DNA from: Podarcis cretensis
Taxonomy: Eukaryota
DNA length: 64,000 nucleotides
Reading direction: 5' to 3'
Assembly (NCBI GenBank): GCA_951804945.1
Contig: OX638161.1
Location: 4,340,001-4,404,000 of the forward strand
The notes under the pieces were generated by a model that did no database searches, was not told where the DNA came from, and saw only the letters and a list, made by a program, of their open reading frames with translations. Shown piece by piece: positions 9,603 through 22,890 of the stretch (position 1 is the first letter of the stretch; each line of letters starts with the position of its first letter). The position numbers and the translations under genes were made by a program.

Positions 9603-12600
9603 CGTTGCCAGGAGCCTGAGGGAAAGGACTGCTCAAGCGGCCAATGAAAAGCAAAGCGGAGGATCGGATTAGTTTGGATAAGCAGGTTTATATTTGAAAA
9701 TGGTTATCAAACTTGCTACAAGGAGAGTGGCTTGAATCGTGAGAATCAATCTTGCCTACCAAAATGGACTTTTGTATGGAACCAGTGCCTAAAGGGCTGA
9801 GGAACCTCAGCAAGCCCAAAATGTAGAATGTGCAAAAATTAGGAGTTCAAATAATGGTTTTATATAGCTTTATATTTGTCTAGAGTTCCTTTTTAAAATT
9901 GCATTTGTATGGTTTAAGTAAAATTCAGTTGTGATAACTTTTAAATGTTTTTTTAATCAAGTTCAGATTGTAAATTACAAAGTAAACAGTCTGATTTTGG
10001 CTATTGTATCAAAACAGTTGAGTTCCTTATGAATCCCATTCACATCCATAGCCCTTGCTTTTATGCAGTACTTTATAATATTTTTGTTTGCTCTTTCTAG
10101 ATGTATGAGGGTTCTCTATGTAGCCTTGATACACTCTGTAAATAACATTTGTGTTCTTTGGCCAAGTGCATGTGTCGAAATCACAATGGTCTGTCAGATG
10201 ATGGTGGCATCTGGGAGCACAGAAGATGAAAACTGAACTCTGCGATGTACTGTATATTGAGCAAGGTTTGCCGTTGCCATGAAAGGTTTTCCAGTTAGTT
10301 GAAATTTGAACTTAGTCCTAGATGAGTAGCTACTATTTGGGTGAGTACTATTTGTTCAGTGAAATCCGGGATGCCACATAGCAGCCTAAATCCAGGGCTG
10401 TATACATGTTGCAGTGGAAGTGCAGAGTTCAGCTTCTTGAGAATCTCACCAGAAAATAAAACAAGCAGCACAGCTGCAAAGAGATACTTAGAGGTGTCTG
10501 GTCAAATGCCCACCAATATGTCAGAAGCCTGGTAGTTGATTTCAGTACTTCCGTGGCTTACATAGGTTCTTGACCTCCATTATAGCAAAACCAGAATAAA
10601 TTATGCAAGATAGCAAAAATACAGGTAAATTATGCAGAAAAGCGAAATCGTGCAAATAGAGCAACTGTGCATAATTTACACTGGTTAAAGGATTACTCTT
10701 TCCTTGGTGCATAATTTAGATGCCTGGTTGAAGTTGGTTTTTTTTAAAAAAAAAAAGTTGGCACAATGTGTGCTTGTTGTATGTACAATTCAGATGACAA
10801 TTTACATGATATGGTGTTGCTCACAGTGGTTTACATTAAAAATACATACCATACCAGTGACTAGGGGAAGGCATGCCCTTTGGGATTATTCTGCCATCAT
10901 TAGAAATCACAATCTTTCTTAACACCATCTCTTCCCACACTTTAAGAAATATTGTAAATCTTCTATTCATCTGCTCTTTTAGAACATTCCTATTAGATAT
11001 GTAACTGGTAATGCATGACTTTATGCTGCAGTTCCAAGTGAGTGTAGGAAGGTACACATAAATAACCTTCCTGAGAAATTCAGTTTTCATTTTGTAAAGC
11101 AAGATGCAAAAATTTGCTGAAATCTCAGAAGTATGAGCAGTGCCTGAATGAGATTCTCAGTCATTGGGGATGTCAGGTTTCAGTGTCATTTCCTTTCCCA
11201 TGATTAGCAAGGGCAGCAAAACTTGTAGAGTAAATTACGCAAAATAAGATAAATCATAAAATTTGCTCAAATTTTATAATTTATCACATCTCACAGGATT
11301 TTGTTTTCTTAGTACAGAATATGGATTGCCTGAATATATATATAATGCAGAGTACACATAGTTCTGCACAGAAGACTTGTCCTTATATTTTTGATACGTC
11401 TATACATCTGAAATAATACTGCCCAGGGCCAGCTACTGGTTGGTCTATAGATCTCAGCCAGCCAGCTGGAGGGTGACCAAGGAAAAGAGAGGCGGTATCT
11501 CAGCTACTCCCAGGGAGGCTGCCAGCCTCACCAACCAGCCCACAGCAGTTATAGTTTATCCGATGCCAGCATTCAGATGATGCTTCCCTGTTTGGAGATG
11601 GATGGTGTGGAGGAGAAGGGGTGAGAGACCCTGGAGGAAGGGCACAGAGTGCAAGTCTCCATTAGGAGCTGCTGGATAAAGAATTGGGATGTGCACAGAG
11701 GGGAGAGAAGGGTTGGGTGAACCCAGAAGTTCCTGCCTAGGATTCTCATTTTGGCACGAGGCAGAGACCTGCGAGTTTAGACAAGTTTGGGGGTGGGTGG
11801 GTCCAGTGAACCCCGGGCAAAGAGCAGGTGGAAGGAGGAGAGAGCCAGGGATGGCTAGATGCTAAGCAACTGTCCAGTGGCAGCCTGCTCCTTACCTACC
11901 AGAAGAGGAGAAAAGAAAGACGACCAGTGTAGCATTGGGACATCCTGAGGGCAGGCAGAGGAGCCCATGTGGCCCAGGTTTGGACAGCAGCCCCCAACCT
12001 CCCTTGAAGTCCCAAATACCCAAGGCAGCTTGTAGGCCTCCTTCCTTTAGTCCCAGGCTGTGAACACACTATACCTTAAAAACAGATTTCTTCCCCCCCC
12101 CCAAGAATTATGGGCACTGTAGTTTATCTCTCATTTACAATTCCTAGCAACCCTTAAACTACAGTGGGCAGAGGGGAGTCACGTCCAATAAAGTGAGACA
12201 TCAGGCACTGTAATTTAAGGGTGTGTGTGCTTCAAATGCCCTTTAAAGGCATAGTCCATATGCAGCCCCACTTTAACCAGAACGCACACCTCACCCTAGG
12301 GAGGCCCGCCCATGAGGCAAGGTGAGGCAACTGCCTCAGGTGGCAGAATCCAGAAGAGTATCAGGTCCTGATGTCAATCTTTCTACCCCCACCCGCCTTA
12401 TCTCTTTACTTCCATGAGCATAGCCTTACTAAAATTGTGTATATTCATGAATATTCAGCTTCTGTTTAAAAGAAATAAACCTTAAATCAGAAAGGTCTTT
12501 GCCTTACATGGTCACATGATATTAAGTTAGTGGTGCTGCCGTTTGAATTCCAAGTCCATTAAATGTAACCCAAGAATTCAATACAGCAGAATTATTAATA

Positions 12601-14808
12601 TTTGAAAATAAAGTATTTTTTGTATGAAGAGTTTGTGGCTGTTTCAAAACTCATCACCATCACTCTAGCCATAATTCAGAAGAGTGGCCCAACACACACA
12701 TATTGAGACTCCATAAAGGAAGTGATAGCACATCTGTAAATCCTTTGGTTCGTCAGCTTGTAATTTTGTATAACAACTGTGCTTATACAGAGATTATCTT
12801 ACAGAAGAACAAAAAACAAGAAGAGGAAACTGCCATATCATGAAAAAGGGTAATAGAGTAATAGTGGATTATGCTTGGCCCCAGATCCAGGGAATAATTT
12901 CATTCCATCAAATCATTTTTCACCACTCTTAATTTTTCTTACTTGTGAGACACACCATTACATTTTGGGGAAAGAGGTTTTTCCTGTTTATTAATAAAAT
13001 AAAGTGAGGGGATTCTCCCCTTTTCTTGACACAGTACCTCAATTCTCATTAAGAGAGGAGGCAGAGAAAATGAGAAGAAAATGTCAGGATTCCCCCCTCC
13101 CGATGGAAACTCCCCTAATTGTTTCAGTGGAAAAGATATCACTATGACTAAGAAACAGCTATTGTGGATGTGTTATTCCTCTACTGTCAGAGGCAGGATG
13201 CCCCAGACTACCAGTTCCTGGTAATCACAAGCAGCTTTCTCTTCATCTGGTATGCCGGCTGAGACCCTACCTGTCTGCGCATTGTACATGCTCTGGTTCT
13301 CTCCCGCTTTGACTACTGCAGTACACTCTACATGGGGCTACCTTTGAAGGTGACTCAGAAACTATAACTAATTCAGAATATGGCTTCCAGACTGGTGACT
13401 CATACAGGGAAATCTGGTTGGGAAAGACGGGACTCCCCAGTGCCATCTGGTGTCACAGTGTTATATCGCTTATAAAACACATATAAAACACTTTTTCTTT
13501 ACCAATCTAGTGTCTCCACCCCCATTATTCAGCTCTACTCGCCTGATCCAACAGGCTTCTCTTCTTAAAGCCATCCACTATTAACATAAACTACAAAGTA
13601 AGCAGATCCCATGGTAAATCCATGGTTGTGCTGCTTGCAGGGGAGCGATACTGTGTTTGAATGTTCCTCCCTAAAAAGAAGAAAGAATGCTATTCTTGAC
13701 TAGAACTCTTCTTCCTGGTTTCTTGTTTTTCATACGCAGGAGCATTCCGCCATGGGGGTCAGTCTGAAGTGATGCAGTTCAGGACAAGCTTTACCACATT
13801 CAGCCTGTCTCCTGGTCTCATAGATTTATTGCTCTCACTATGTGCCCAGATTGTAACTCAACTTGCTTTTGTGGTGTAGCACTCAACTCACTTTCAAGTG
13901 CTGCGGTGTCTGTAATCACATCCTGCAGGAAACCCCTCATTAAGATACAACAAACTTGCAATACAGGTACACAAAAATAGTGAATGTAGATGTGCCCCGC
14001 TGAGACTGGTAAGAGGGAAAGCAGAGAATCCCATGACAGCAGAGGCAGCGCCAATGACAGCTGGGACCAACCAATTCTTGTTTTGACCCCATCCTTCTCC
14101 CAGCTACCTTCAAGAACGTCAAACCGAGACAAAGGAGGAAGCTGTCTGGCTGTGCCATTTCCTGAGGGATGGCTGAGGTAGGCATGGTTGGTCCAAAAGC
14201 CCTAATGGACCAGCCTCCGCCTTGTGTGACTTGGGAAAAGTCTACCTGAATGTGCCATGAGATGTGTGGGCATGCCTCTTCCTCAAGCATCCCACTGCTA
14301 TACGCTCTCAGACACACACCAACTCCCTTAGCTCTCATATTTTCTTGCCTTGGCAATATGAATCACACAACCTCTAATAGCACCCGGTTTGTTGTTTCCG
14401 TTCACCACAAAACAATTCAAACAGATGCCCTTTTAAACCTGCCAACCTCACTTGCTGAAGCTATTTTATTGTTCTCCAGTAGATGACAGTGTTGCTCTTC
14501 AGCCAGAATGAGGACCACAATATTGGAGGGGGAATCGGAAACAGATTTAATATACGGAATTTGACAGTTCTGAGCTGCTCAAGCTTTGCCCATATCATAT
14601 TGTCTCTTACATCAAGAGCTCACTTAGGTGCTGTTTATAAGGTCCAAGTTATTATACATACATTTATATGCAAAAATATTTGATGGATGCCATCACCATG
14701 CCGCTTGATGTGAAAGGATTTTGCAGGGGACTCAGGCAGCTTGGGAGGGAGCCCAGCTGCAGATTGCATCCTGTCTAGATGGGTCATCATTGTGTGAAAG
14801 AGTGAAAG

Positions 14809-15067
14809 CAGGGGTCAGCAGGTCAGCAAACTTTTTCAGCAGGGGGCCGGTCCACTGTCCCTCAGACCTTGTGGGGGGCCGGACTATATTTTGAAGCGGG
14901 GAAATGAACTAATTCCTATGCCCCACAAATAACCCAGAGATGCATTTTAAATAAAAGAACACATTCTACTTATGTAAAAACACGCTGATTCCTGGACCAT
15001 CCACGGGCCGGATTTAGAAGGCGATTGGGCCAGATCCGGCCCCTGGGCTTTAGTTTGCCTACCCATG
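14809..15067. mobile_element. hAT MITE (CAGGGGTCAGCAAAC family)
   Basis: Perfect 8-bp TSD AGTGAAAG; same family as 57044 and 57302, related to 24337. Confidence 0.88.
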
Positions 15068-15553
15068 AGTGAAAGGAATAAAGCATTTCTGGGCTTTATG
15101 AACTCCTGCATAAAGTAAAACATTAATAACCTCTTGGGAATAGTCTTCTCTTGTAAAACCACCATATCTCATCTCGTCAGAACCACTAACACGGCTACTC
15201 TTGGCATGTGAAGTTTCTTAGCCAGTTACTGTTCGGTGTGACCTTCCTGCATCCCACCTCAGTTCTTTCCTTACTCGTTACTGAATGGATTCTTTGCATT
15301 TTCTGCCTTCAGAGTTTTCTGTCCAAACAACAGTAACCATAAATATTTATGGTGGTGGTGGTGCATTTTTTTAAAAAAAAAAATTAATGTGGTAATGATC
15401 AGAGCTCAGGGGAGAAATCAAACAGCAGCCACTGCCTAGAGCAGGATTTGAAGCTGTGTCTTCTGGTCCTTGATGAAGATTATTGAACATCAGTGTACCC
15501 CATTCCCTGCAATGGTTCCTAAGGAAACTTGTAGTGAGAATATACCTGGGTAA

Positions 15554-16134
15554 CATAGCTGTCAACTTACAGATTTGAAAATAAGGGACCAGCAGCCTTG
15601 AAAATAAGGGAGCAGCAGCCAAAATAAGTGACCTGCAGCCTCACCTGTTCCAGGCACTCCAGTCTTCCTGTCCTCCTGCAGTCTGGTCAAACTCATGCTG
15701 GTAGCTTCGAGAACACTGTCCAACCAACTTTGTAACCAGAGGTTCAACTGAATAGAATCTGAATCATATGCACCACAAGGCCTATGCAGCCTCAACTTAA
15801 GATGGCTCCCCGGCCTGGCTTTGCACTGCAAAGTTTGCAGCAGCACGTGCAACAAAATGGCGTCCGGCATTCAAAAAACCCCTCAGCTTGCATTAACTAG
15901 CCACACACAAGGCATGCAAGCTCCACCCCCCAGTCGTTCTTAGACTTCTTATTGGGTGAGCAACACAGCCAAGCAACACAGTTGGAGCCTCCCTCCTCCC
16001 TGGCTGGCAGGCAGGGAGCGAGAGGAGCTGCTTCCTTTGAAATTTAAGGGACATCCATCAATAAGGGACAGCAGCAGGACACGGTGCTGGAATAAGGGAC
16101 TGTCCCTTCAAATAAGGGACACTTGACAGCTATG
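15554..16134. mobile_element. Non-autonomous hAT element carrying a BovB fragment
   Basis: TIR CATAGCTGTCAA; perfect TSD CTGGGTAA; AATAAGGGA subterminal repeats; inverted near-identical copy at 32679-33291. Confidence 0.88.
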
Positions 16135-17077
16135 CTGGGTAAGTGGTGGGGGAACCATGCAGTTACTAAGGGTACTAAGGGTACTAAGTGCCACTGTTGC
16201 TTCAATTACTGTTCTTTAAACACATTTCTGCGCTGACAAGTTGTTGCTGAATGAGGATACTGGGCATGTCTGCAGTTCTGTAGTGCCCTGTGAATCTCTT
16301 ATCTGAAATAGCAGCACCTTCACAAACCTACATTCCTTGTTTTGGCGTTGTTGTAGTTGTGGCAATGGAGAAGGGATGCCATTTAGACTGATGCAACACC
16401 TATGTGTGTTTGCATTATAATCACTACCTTGTATTTTAGCAGGAAGAACCACAGTGGCTTCCATTTCAGCAGCGCCATTGACCAAATTCTTCACACACAA
16501 AACAGTCTTGGCAGACAACATTAGAAATCTTGCTAATAATTTCTCTCCACCCATCAGAGTGACCCCAGCCTTAAAACTGTTAATGATCTTTTCCAGCAGC
16601 TCTAGCGATTTTTCAGCTGTCCGCTGAGGCCATTAATCAACGTAAGCAAGGCTGTCCGTGCAACATGTACCAGCAATTTGCCTACAGAGAGAAATATTTT
16701 CCCCTCCTAATTCCAACCATGCTAATCTGCTTGCCCAATTAGTCCAATTAGATAAAACAACAAAAATGGGGAAAAACCTGTATAAATCTACCTCTATGGA
16801 AAAACTTTAAAAACTCAGAAGAAAATATTCTTTTGAATTATATACCTATCATATGGAAGGTGACAACTGGACAACAAAAATGGAGTCTACGTGCCCCAAC
16901 TATTGCCTAATAATAATAATAATAACTATTGCCAAAGGACTGGCATTGCTGAACTGGTTGTCCTTCTGCCAGCAGGTGAAGATTTTCCTATTCCAACAGG
17001 CCTTTCGGAACCGATGGCTCTTAATGACAGGACTGCTGCGCTGCTGGTTTTATAGTAATTATCTGTATGGCTTTAAT

Positions 17078-17080
<3 letters not shown>

Positions 17081-17160
<80 letters not shown>
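17081..17160. repeat. Compound microsatellite (TC)n(AC)n
   Basis: Seen directly in the sequence. Confidence 0.97.
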
Positions 17161-17162
<2 letters not shown>

Positions 17163-17623
17163 TAATGTTCAATTGTTTTTATTATTGGTTTCCCCTCCTA
17201 TGTTTTTGGCTATTTTTAATTTATCTTTAAGCCACCTTGAGTCCCTTTATATATAATATAATGATGATGATAATGATGATAGTAATTTTTGTCCACTTTA
17301 CTAAACTATTTCTCAGCAGCAGCTAGACAGTGAAATGTTTGGAAGCTGTAAGCAGGACAATGTATTCAGGCGTTTTGGCCAAACAGCAATGAGTGCAGGT
17401 TACACATTAGAAAAAGTGCATTGCTGTGCATTGGTGTGGTCAGTGCAGGATTTGAGAAGGGAAACGGTGCATGAATAAGCAAGTTCCCAGAGACTCCAGC
17501 ACTGAGCCATGTGCCAATGTGATAGCAATGAAAGTACCCCTAAACAGGAGTCACCATAAGGCCGCTAAAAAATCCAAGCTGCAGTCGTAACTCCACTTAC
17601 CTAGGAGTAAGCCCCATTGCTTT

Positions 17624-18185
17624 CAATAATAATAATAATAATAATAATAAATTAATTTTTATTTCTACCCCGCTGGGCTCAGGGCGGCTAACAACAAATT
17701 TAAAACACTTAACTGTAGAAGCAGCATAAAATACAGTATAAAAACATGAATAACAATAAAATTCAAAGTTCAGAAATCAATTTGGGGAAAATCCATCTAA
17801 TAAGCATTTAGAATAGTCACCAGGGCTAGCTGGCTGAATTAGATCCACTTGGGCCAGCGAGGAGGCCAGGGGAGAATTAGCTGTGGGGTCTCAGAGCAGG
17901 TGATCTTCATAAAAGGGGAGGGGGAGGGAAGAGAAGGGAATTCAAATTAAAGGCCAGGCGGAATAGCTCTGTCTTACAGTAGGAGGTTAAATCCTGCAGG
18001 GCCCTGGTCTTGTGGGACAGAGCATTCCACCAGGTCGGAGCCATCACTGAGAAGGCCCTGGCCCTGGTGGAGGATAGTCTGACTTCCTTAGGGCCCGGGA
18101 CCGCTAAACTATGGTTATTCATGGACCTTAAGGTCCTCTGCGGGGCAGACCAGGAGAGGCAGTCCTGTAAATACGAGGGCCCTAA
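17624..18185 (-). mobile_element. L2-like LINE 3' fragment with (TTA)n tail
   Basis: Minus-strand ORF remnant RARAFSVMAPTWWNAL...KTELFR, typical of an L2 ORF2 C-terminus; same family as ~51000-51250. Confidence 0.7.
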
Positions 18186-18643
18186 GCTTACTCCTAAACC
18201 GTTGTGGTTAGGCTTGCACTGAGGTTTTCAATAGTTCAGTGCAGGCAATTCCAAACGCAGCAAACATCTTGAATCTTTTGTACAGAAGCACCCTTGGACT
18301 GACTGCCTACGTAACAGCTAAGGGCCCATGCTGCTGAAACCTATATAAAACTTTAGGCGGGGACTCACTTGTTGGCCTTATGCATGGTAAAATGTAAGAG
18401 TAAGGGCAATGCTTACTGGAACCAACTTAAAGATCACACAGAAGTGAGAAGTCTCTTGCCCAAACTCCTGATCAGACTGGATGATTCACAAAAAGGCAAG
18501 AAGTTGGGAAGGAAAAGGGTGCAGGATAGATATTTGGGGGCTGGTGAAAAAACTCAAAGTCTATGGATTGTAACAAAATGGAATTGGAGAGCTGTTATGC
18601 AACTGTAATTAGGTGAAGAAGGAACATACAAAACTACCTTATA

Positions 18644-18897
18644 CAGTGGTACCTCTGGATGCAAACAGGATCTGTTCCGGAGCCCCGTTTGCATCCTGAG
18701 TAGAGCGTAACCTGTGACTGCGCGTCTGCACAGGTCGCAATTTGCTGCTACTGCGCATGCGCATGGCATCATTTTGAGCGTCTGCGCATGCGCGAGCGGC
18801 AAAACCTGGAAGTAATGCATTCCGTTACTTCCGGGTCGCCGCGGAGCGTAACCTGAAAATGCTCAGCCTGAAGCACATTTAGCCCGAGGTATGACTG
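18644..18897. mobile_element. Tc1/mariner-type MITE
   Basis: TA|CAGTGGTACCTC...GAGGTATGACTG|TA. Confidence 0.85.
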
Positions 18898-18943
18898 TAC
18901 TGAGTCAGACTATTGCTGCATCTAGCTCCATATTGTTGACAAT

Positions 18944-19230
18944 GGTCGGATCTACACTCACAGTTTATAATGTTAAGGAGGGGTTAAGGAATGGTTTTCA
19001 TAACAGAGATGGACACACTCTGTTCTGCTTTTAGCGTTCATAAGGCACTATTAATATGTGACACCAGAGGGCGCTGCAGAGCAACAAGGAGCCAGCAGCA
19101 GGGAAACTGCGCCCTTACAGACAAAATAAGGTAAGGAACGGTTAAAATTACAAATCCGCCCTGTGACGTTTTAAAATGATATCTCTAATATTGTTCTAAT
19201 AACATTAAACGGGTCAGTGTAGATCCAGCC
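18944..19230. mobile_element. TIR element (GGCTGGATCTACACT family, possibly Harbinger-like) with an internal CTCF-like motif
   Basis: GGTCGGATCTACACT...AGTGTAGATCCAGCC; related partial copies at ~7380-7525, ~13435-13515 and ~29900-30045. Confidence 0.7.
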
Positions 19231-19445
19231 GCTGTCTCATAGCAGCTTTCTGGGGTTTGGGACAGGGATTTTCCCCACCTCCTTCCCTTCAGACCGTCCT
19301 GGATGTTAAGATTGGCAGAGAGGCCCAATGGGTGGAGCTCAGGGGCGTGTGGCCTGGCAAGGGCATTCTCAGCGGCACTCCCTGGGGGCGACCGATGGAA
19401 AAGGACCTCTTCCCTCTGGCCTTTGGGCACCTGAGATGTACCTTT

Positions 19446-19633
19446 CATAGCTGTCAACCTTCCCTTTTTTTGCGGGAAATTCCCTAATTCCAGCATCGTT
19501 TCCCGCTGCTTCCCGCTGCTATCCCAGATTGTTAGATATCCTGTAGACTGTCCCTGGGACAGGTGAGGCTGCTGATCCCTTATTTTCGAGGCTGCTGATC
19601 CCTTATTTTCAAATCTGAAAGTTGACAGCTTTG
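19446..19633. mobile_element. Short hAT MITE of the CATAGCTGTCAA family
   Basis: Same TIRs as the 15554 element; TSD GTACCTTT/GTATCTTT. Confidence 0.8.
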
Positions 19634-21477
19634 GTATCTTTTCAGGACCCACCCTGTTCTCTATGACCGCGTCTTCATCGTTGTTATTAATCGTACGCTT
19701 TTAAACTGCTTTTACTGTTGTATTTTGAATCGCTGAGGCCTGCCGTAGCACCTAAGGATGAAGGGTGGGAAATAAATTATGATGTTGATGATGATGATGA
19801 TAAATCTAAGCATTGTTTTAAAAAGTGGCTGCATCTTTTCAGCAGAAGAAGCAAACAACAAACGATGATTAGGAAAATCTGTTGGAGATTTGTTCCACTT
19901 ATATTGGCTTTGCTTCATTTATCAGTTGCCTAAACCTATATAAAGCCAAGTTCCCCCCAGTCTCTCTGTGTGGCAGGTATGTATACAAAGGGCAGATACT
20001 GATGAAATGTTTACAGAAAAGATTGGCTTGTCCATGAGGCAGAGGAAGGATATCGACCCTTTTCTCCTGCGTTTGTCAGCTTGTAACCTGTTTAAGAAAT
20101 GGCCCACAGCAATGAAATCCAATCAAACTCCCTCTGCAACTCCATCCCCCTCTCCACCTTTCCTGGAACGCTGGCAGAGGCTTCAATCACAATAAAAGAA
20201 AATTAACCACTTATCATATAAATGAGGAGAAGGTAATTAATGGGTTACAAATTTCAACTGGAGAGGGTTCACATTAAGAAGCAGGATTAAAACAGGGAGC
20301 TGTTACACATCTAGACCTTTTACGGTGGTTTTTCCACGCAGCGTATTCTCTGTAAGACAAAACAGGTTACATGGTTTATTGCTCCCACAAGTATAGGAAG
20401 TTCCCAGGGTCACCATTTATGGGGTCAGTTGCCTTCTGAGGAGAGATAGTTGGAGAACTTGTGGAGGATTCAGGAACACCTTTTTATTTCAAGTTTACAA
20501 CTGGGGGTGAGGTGGGGGGAGTAACCAAGCAGACAACGCAAATCTTTAAAGCGGTATAATACTCCTGCCCCAAAAGCAAACAATGTGCCTATGGAGTCTC
20601 ACCTAAAGCTGTCTTGGGCCAGGCAGCTGCGTGAACACAGACATCTATCTCATTTTCCAGCTTCAAATGTTTGTTTCCCTCCAGCCCCCAGCTAGTACCT
20701 AGTGCCCAGTAGCCACCATCAAAATCCATTAATGAAACCTCTTTATTATTAGCCCAAAGATGTTTACCTCTTCACTAGTTGGTGCCACAAAAGAGAGTTT
20801 TCTTATGATACACTGAGCTCCCAAAACGAATAATTCCACGAAATAAGCATTTGAGAGTTTGTTTGTCAAGATGCCATAGGAATTATTTGTTCTTTCAGAT
20901 AGAGGGTTTCTGCACAATAATGACTCGTGATGTGCAACCACTAGCAAAAATCTCCAGCAAAAATCCCACCAGAACCCCTTATGCACATGGAGAAACCTAG
21001 CTGCCATGTTCCTTGGGAGAAGGTCTTGCTATTGTAAATGGTGGAGGCATACCCTAAATTTTCTATGCACTTGGGCTCAAGTTTTGGGTTAGAGAAGTAC
21101 ACCGTCTTGAGAAAAGAAAATAAGGGCAAGCTCTGTGCCTCGTCCCGTCACTCCCTGTAGCCATTCAAAATGGTGCAGCTGAGCGAGGGAAGGGCAGGTC
21201 AGCCTGGACTTTCTGTTAATCCTAACCTGTAACGCGGAACCGATTGACTTCTTTAAAAAGCAGAACAAGAAAACAAGAGACAACTTACACAGAAAGAGGT
21301 AGTTCTGGTTGCCTGCGCTTGAATTTTTTTATTGGAAATGAAATCATAAACTTGTTGAACTCGCTGTAATTTCTCTCTCAATTAAATGCTTTATGTTTAT
21401 GCTCATAAAGATAACTGCCAGTCTATAAAGTATGTTGGTTTCCAACCTCTTAAATTGTGGATATTTATTCTCATCTT

Positions 21478-21834
21478 GGGACGCAGGTGGCACTGTGGGT
21501 TAAAACCTCAGCGCCTAGGGCTTGCCGATCGAAAGGTCGGCGGTTCGAATCCCTGCGGCGGGGTGCGCTCCCGCTGCTCGGTCCCAGCGCCTGCCAACCT
21601 AGCAGTTCGAAAGCACCTCCGGGTGCAAGTAGATAAATAGGGACCGCTTACCAGCGGGAAGGTAAACGGCGTTTCCGTGTGCGGCTCTGGCTCGCCAGAG
21701 CAGCGATGTCACGCTGGCCACGTGACCCGGAAGTGTCTCCGGACAGCGCTGGCCCCTGGCCTCTTGAGTGAGATGGGCGCACAACCCCAGAGTCTGTCAA
21801 GACTGGCCCGTACGGGCAGGGGTACCTTTACCTT
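21478..21834 (+). mobile_element. Sauria SINE, full length, young
   Basis: TSD TTTATTCTCATCTT(GG); only a few differences from the 4648 copy. Confidence 0.93.
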
Positions 21835-22626
21835 TTTATTCTCATCTTGGAAGGCTGGCTGGCTGGCTAATGAAGTTAGTGGTGAAATGCCTGCATATAC
21901 TGATTGGTAATGCCCAGTGCTTTTTTTCCTAGCGGTACTCAATGGCACTCAGTACCGGCACCCTCACCCCAACCCCAATCTTGTGATGACCCTCATGGTC
22001 CCTTCTAGTGCTACGATTCTACTATCTGCCCCATCCCCTGTGCCCAGTTCCTAAAGAAAGGCTGATTAATTAGGTGGAAAGGCAAACACCAATGCTTTTA
22101 TCCCTTTGCCCTTCCCAGCAAGGCTTTGGAGCTGCCTGCAGCACAGGCACCTAACTGTTGTGCATGCGCACTGCCTTCCCACCTGGAGCTTTTTGTGGGC
22201 ATGGAAAGAGGGGGGGAAAGACGACACCTGGAGTGTGGGGTGTGTGTGTGAATGTGGCCTCCATGTGGGCATGGTCAAGGGACGTGACGAGTGGCTGTCT
22301 TTCTGGCTCATCAGGCGGCAGACATTTTGGGGGCCCTCGCAATGTGGGAAAAGTGTGGTGGCGGCAGAAGGCATGAACCTGTCACTTTCTTTAAAAGGGG
22401 GCACTGGTGATGCCTGAAATAAGAACGTTCATTTAGGCAGGGTAGTAATTTTCACTGTTGCTATCTTACCTAGAAGTGAGAAGTTTAAATTGGTCCAGAT
22501 TTTTGTTTCACCTTTTAATTCCTTTCAAATATAACCGCTCTAGAATCACGTCAGTTTGCCCATCAGCATAGTTATATTTACCATGCTTAATTGTTCTTCT
22601 TTCCAACGTTTTGTGTTTACACTTGT

Positions 22627-22890
22627 TGTTATGTACTGAAGTTCTCACCCTGGGCCAGCAGGGGGATACTGTAGATAGTTTTCACTCAGGTCCACATATG
22701 CAAATAAGGGATTGAAAGTGACGTTCAGTGATTGGATAGTTACAGAAGGTTGTTACTGTTGCTTTGTAGTTGAGCTCTATATAAGCAGGCTGGCTGAACC
22801 CTTCAGTTCAGTTCTGTTCTGGCTTGTGAATAAACAAGAGCTGTCTGAAGAATCACTGTGTCATCTGATATGTTCACTCACAACCTAACA
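22627..22890 (+). mobile_element. Solo LTR, ~265-bp family, copy 1
   Basis: TGTTA...TAACA; TATATAA at 22778 and AATAAA at 22829; flanks CTTGT/GTTGT. Confidence 0.85.

Noticed and set aside
13740-14700. Cluster of overlapping 60-140 aa ORFs on both strands, including a hydrophobic minus-strand frame
   Set aside because: No recognisable protein similarity and no consistent splice and phase structure
15562-15870. Near-identical ~102-aa ORFs here and at 32972-33283
   Set aside because: Both lie within copies of the same non-autonomous hAT element and show no transposase motifs
16428-16681. Exon-like minus-strand segment (tttctctctgtag acceptor, AAG|gtagtg donor)
   Set aside because: Stops in all three frames and no partner exons found; a lncRNA exon cannot be supported without RNA data
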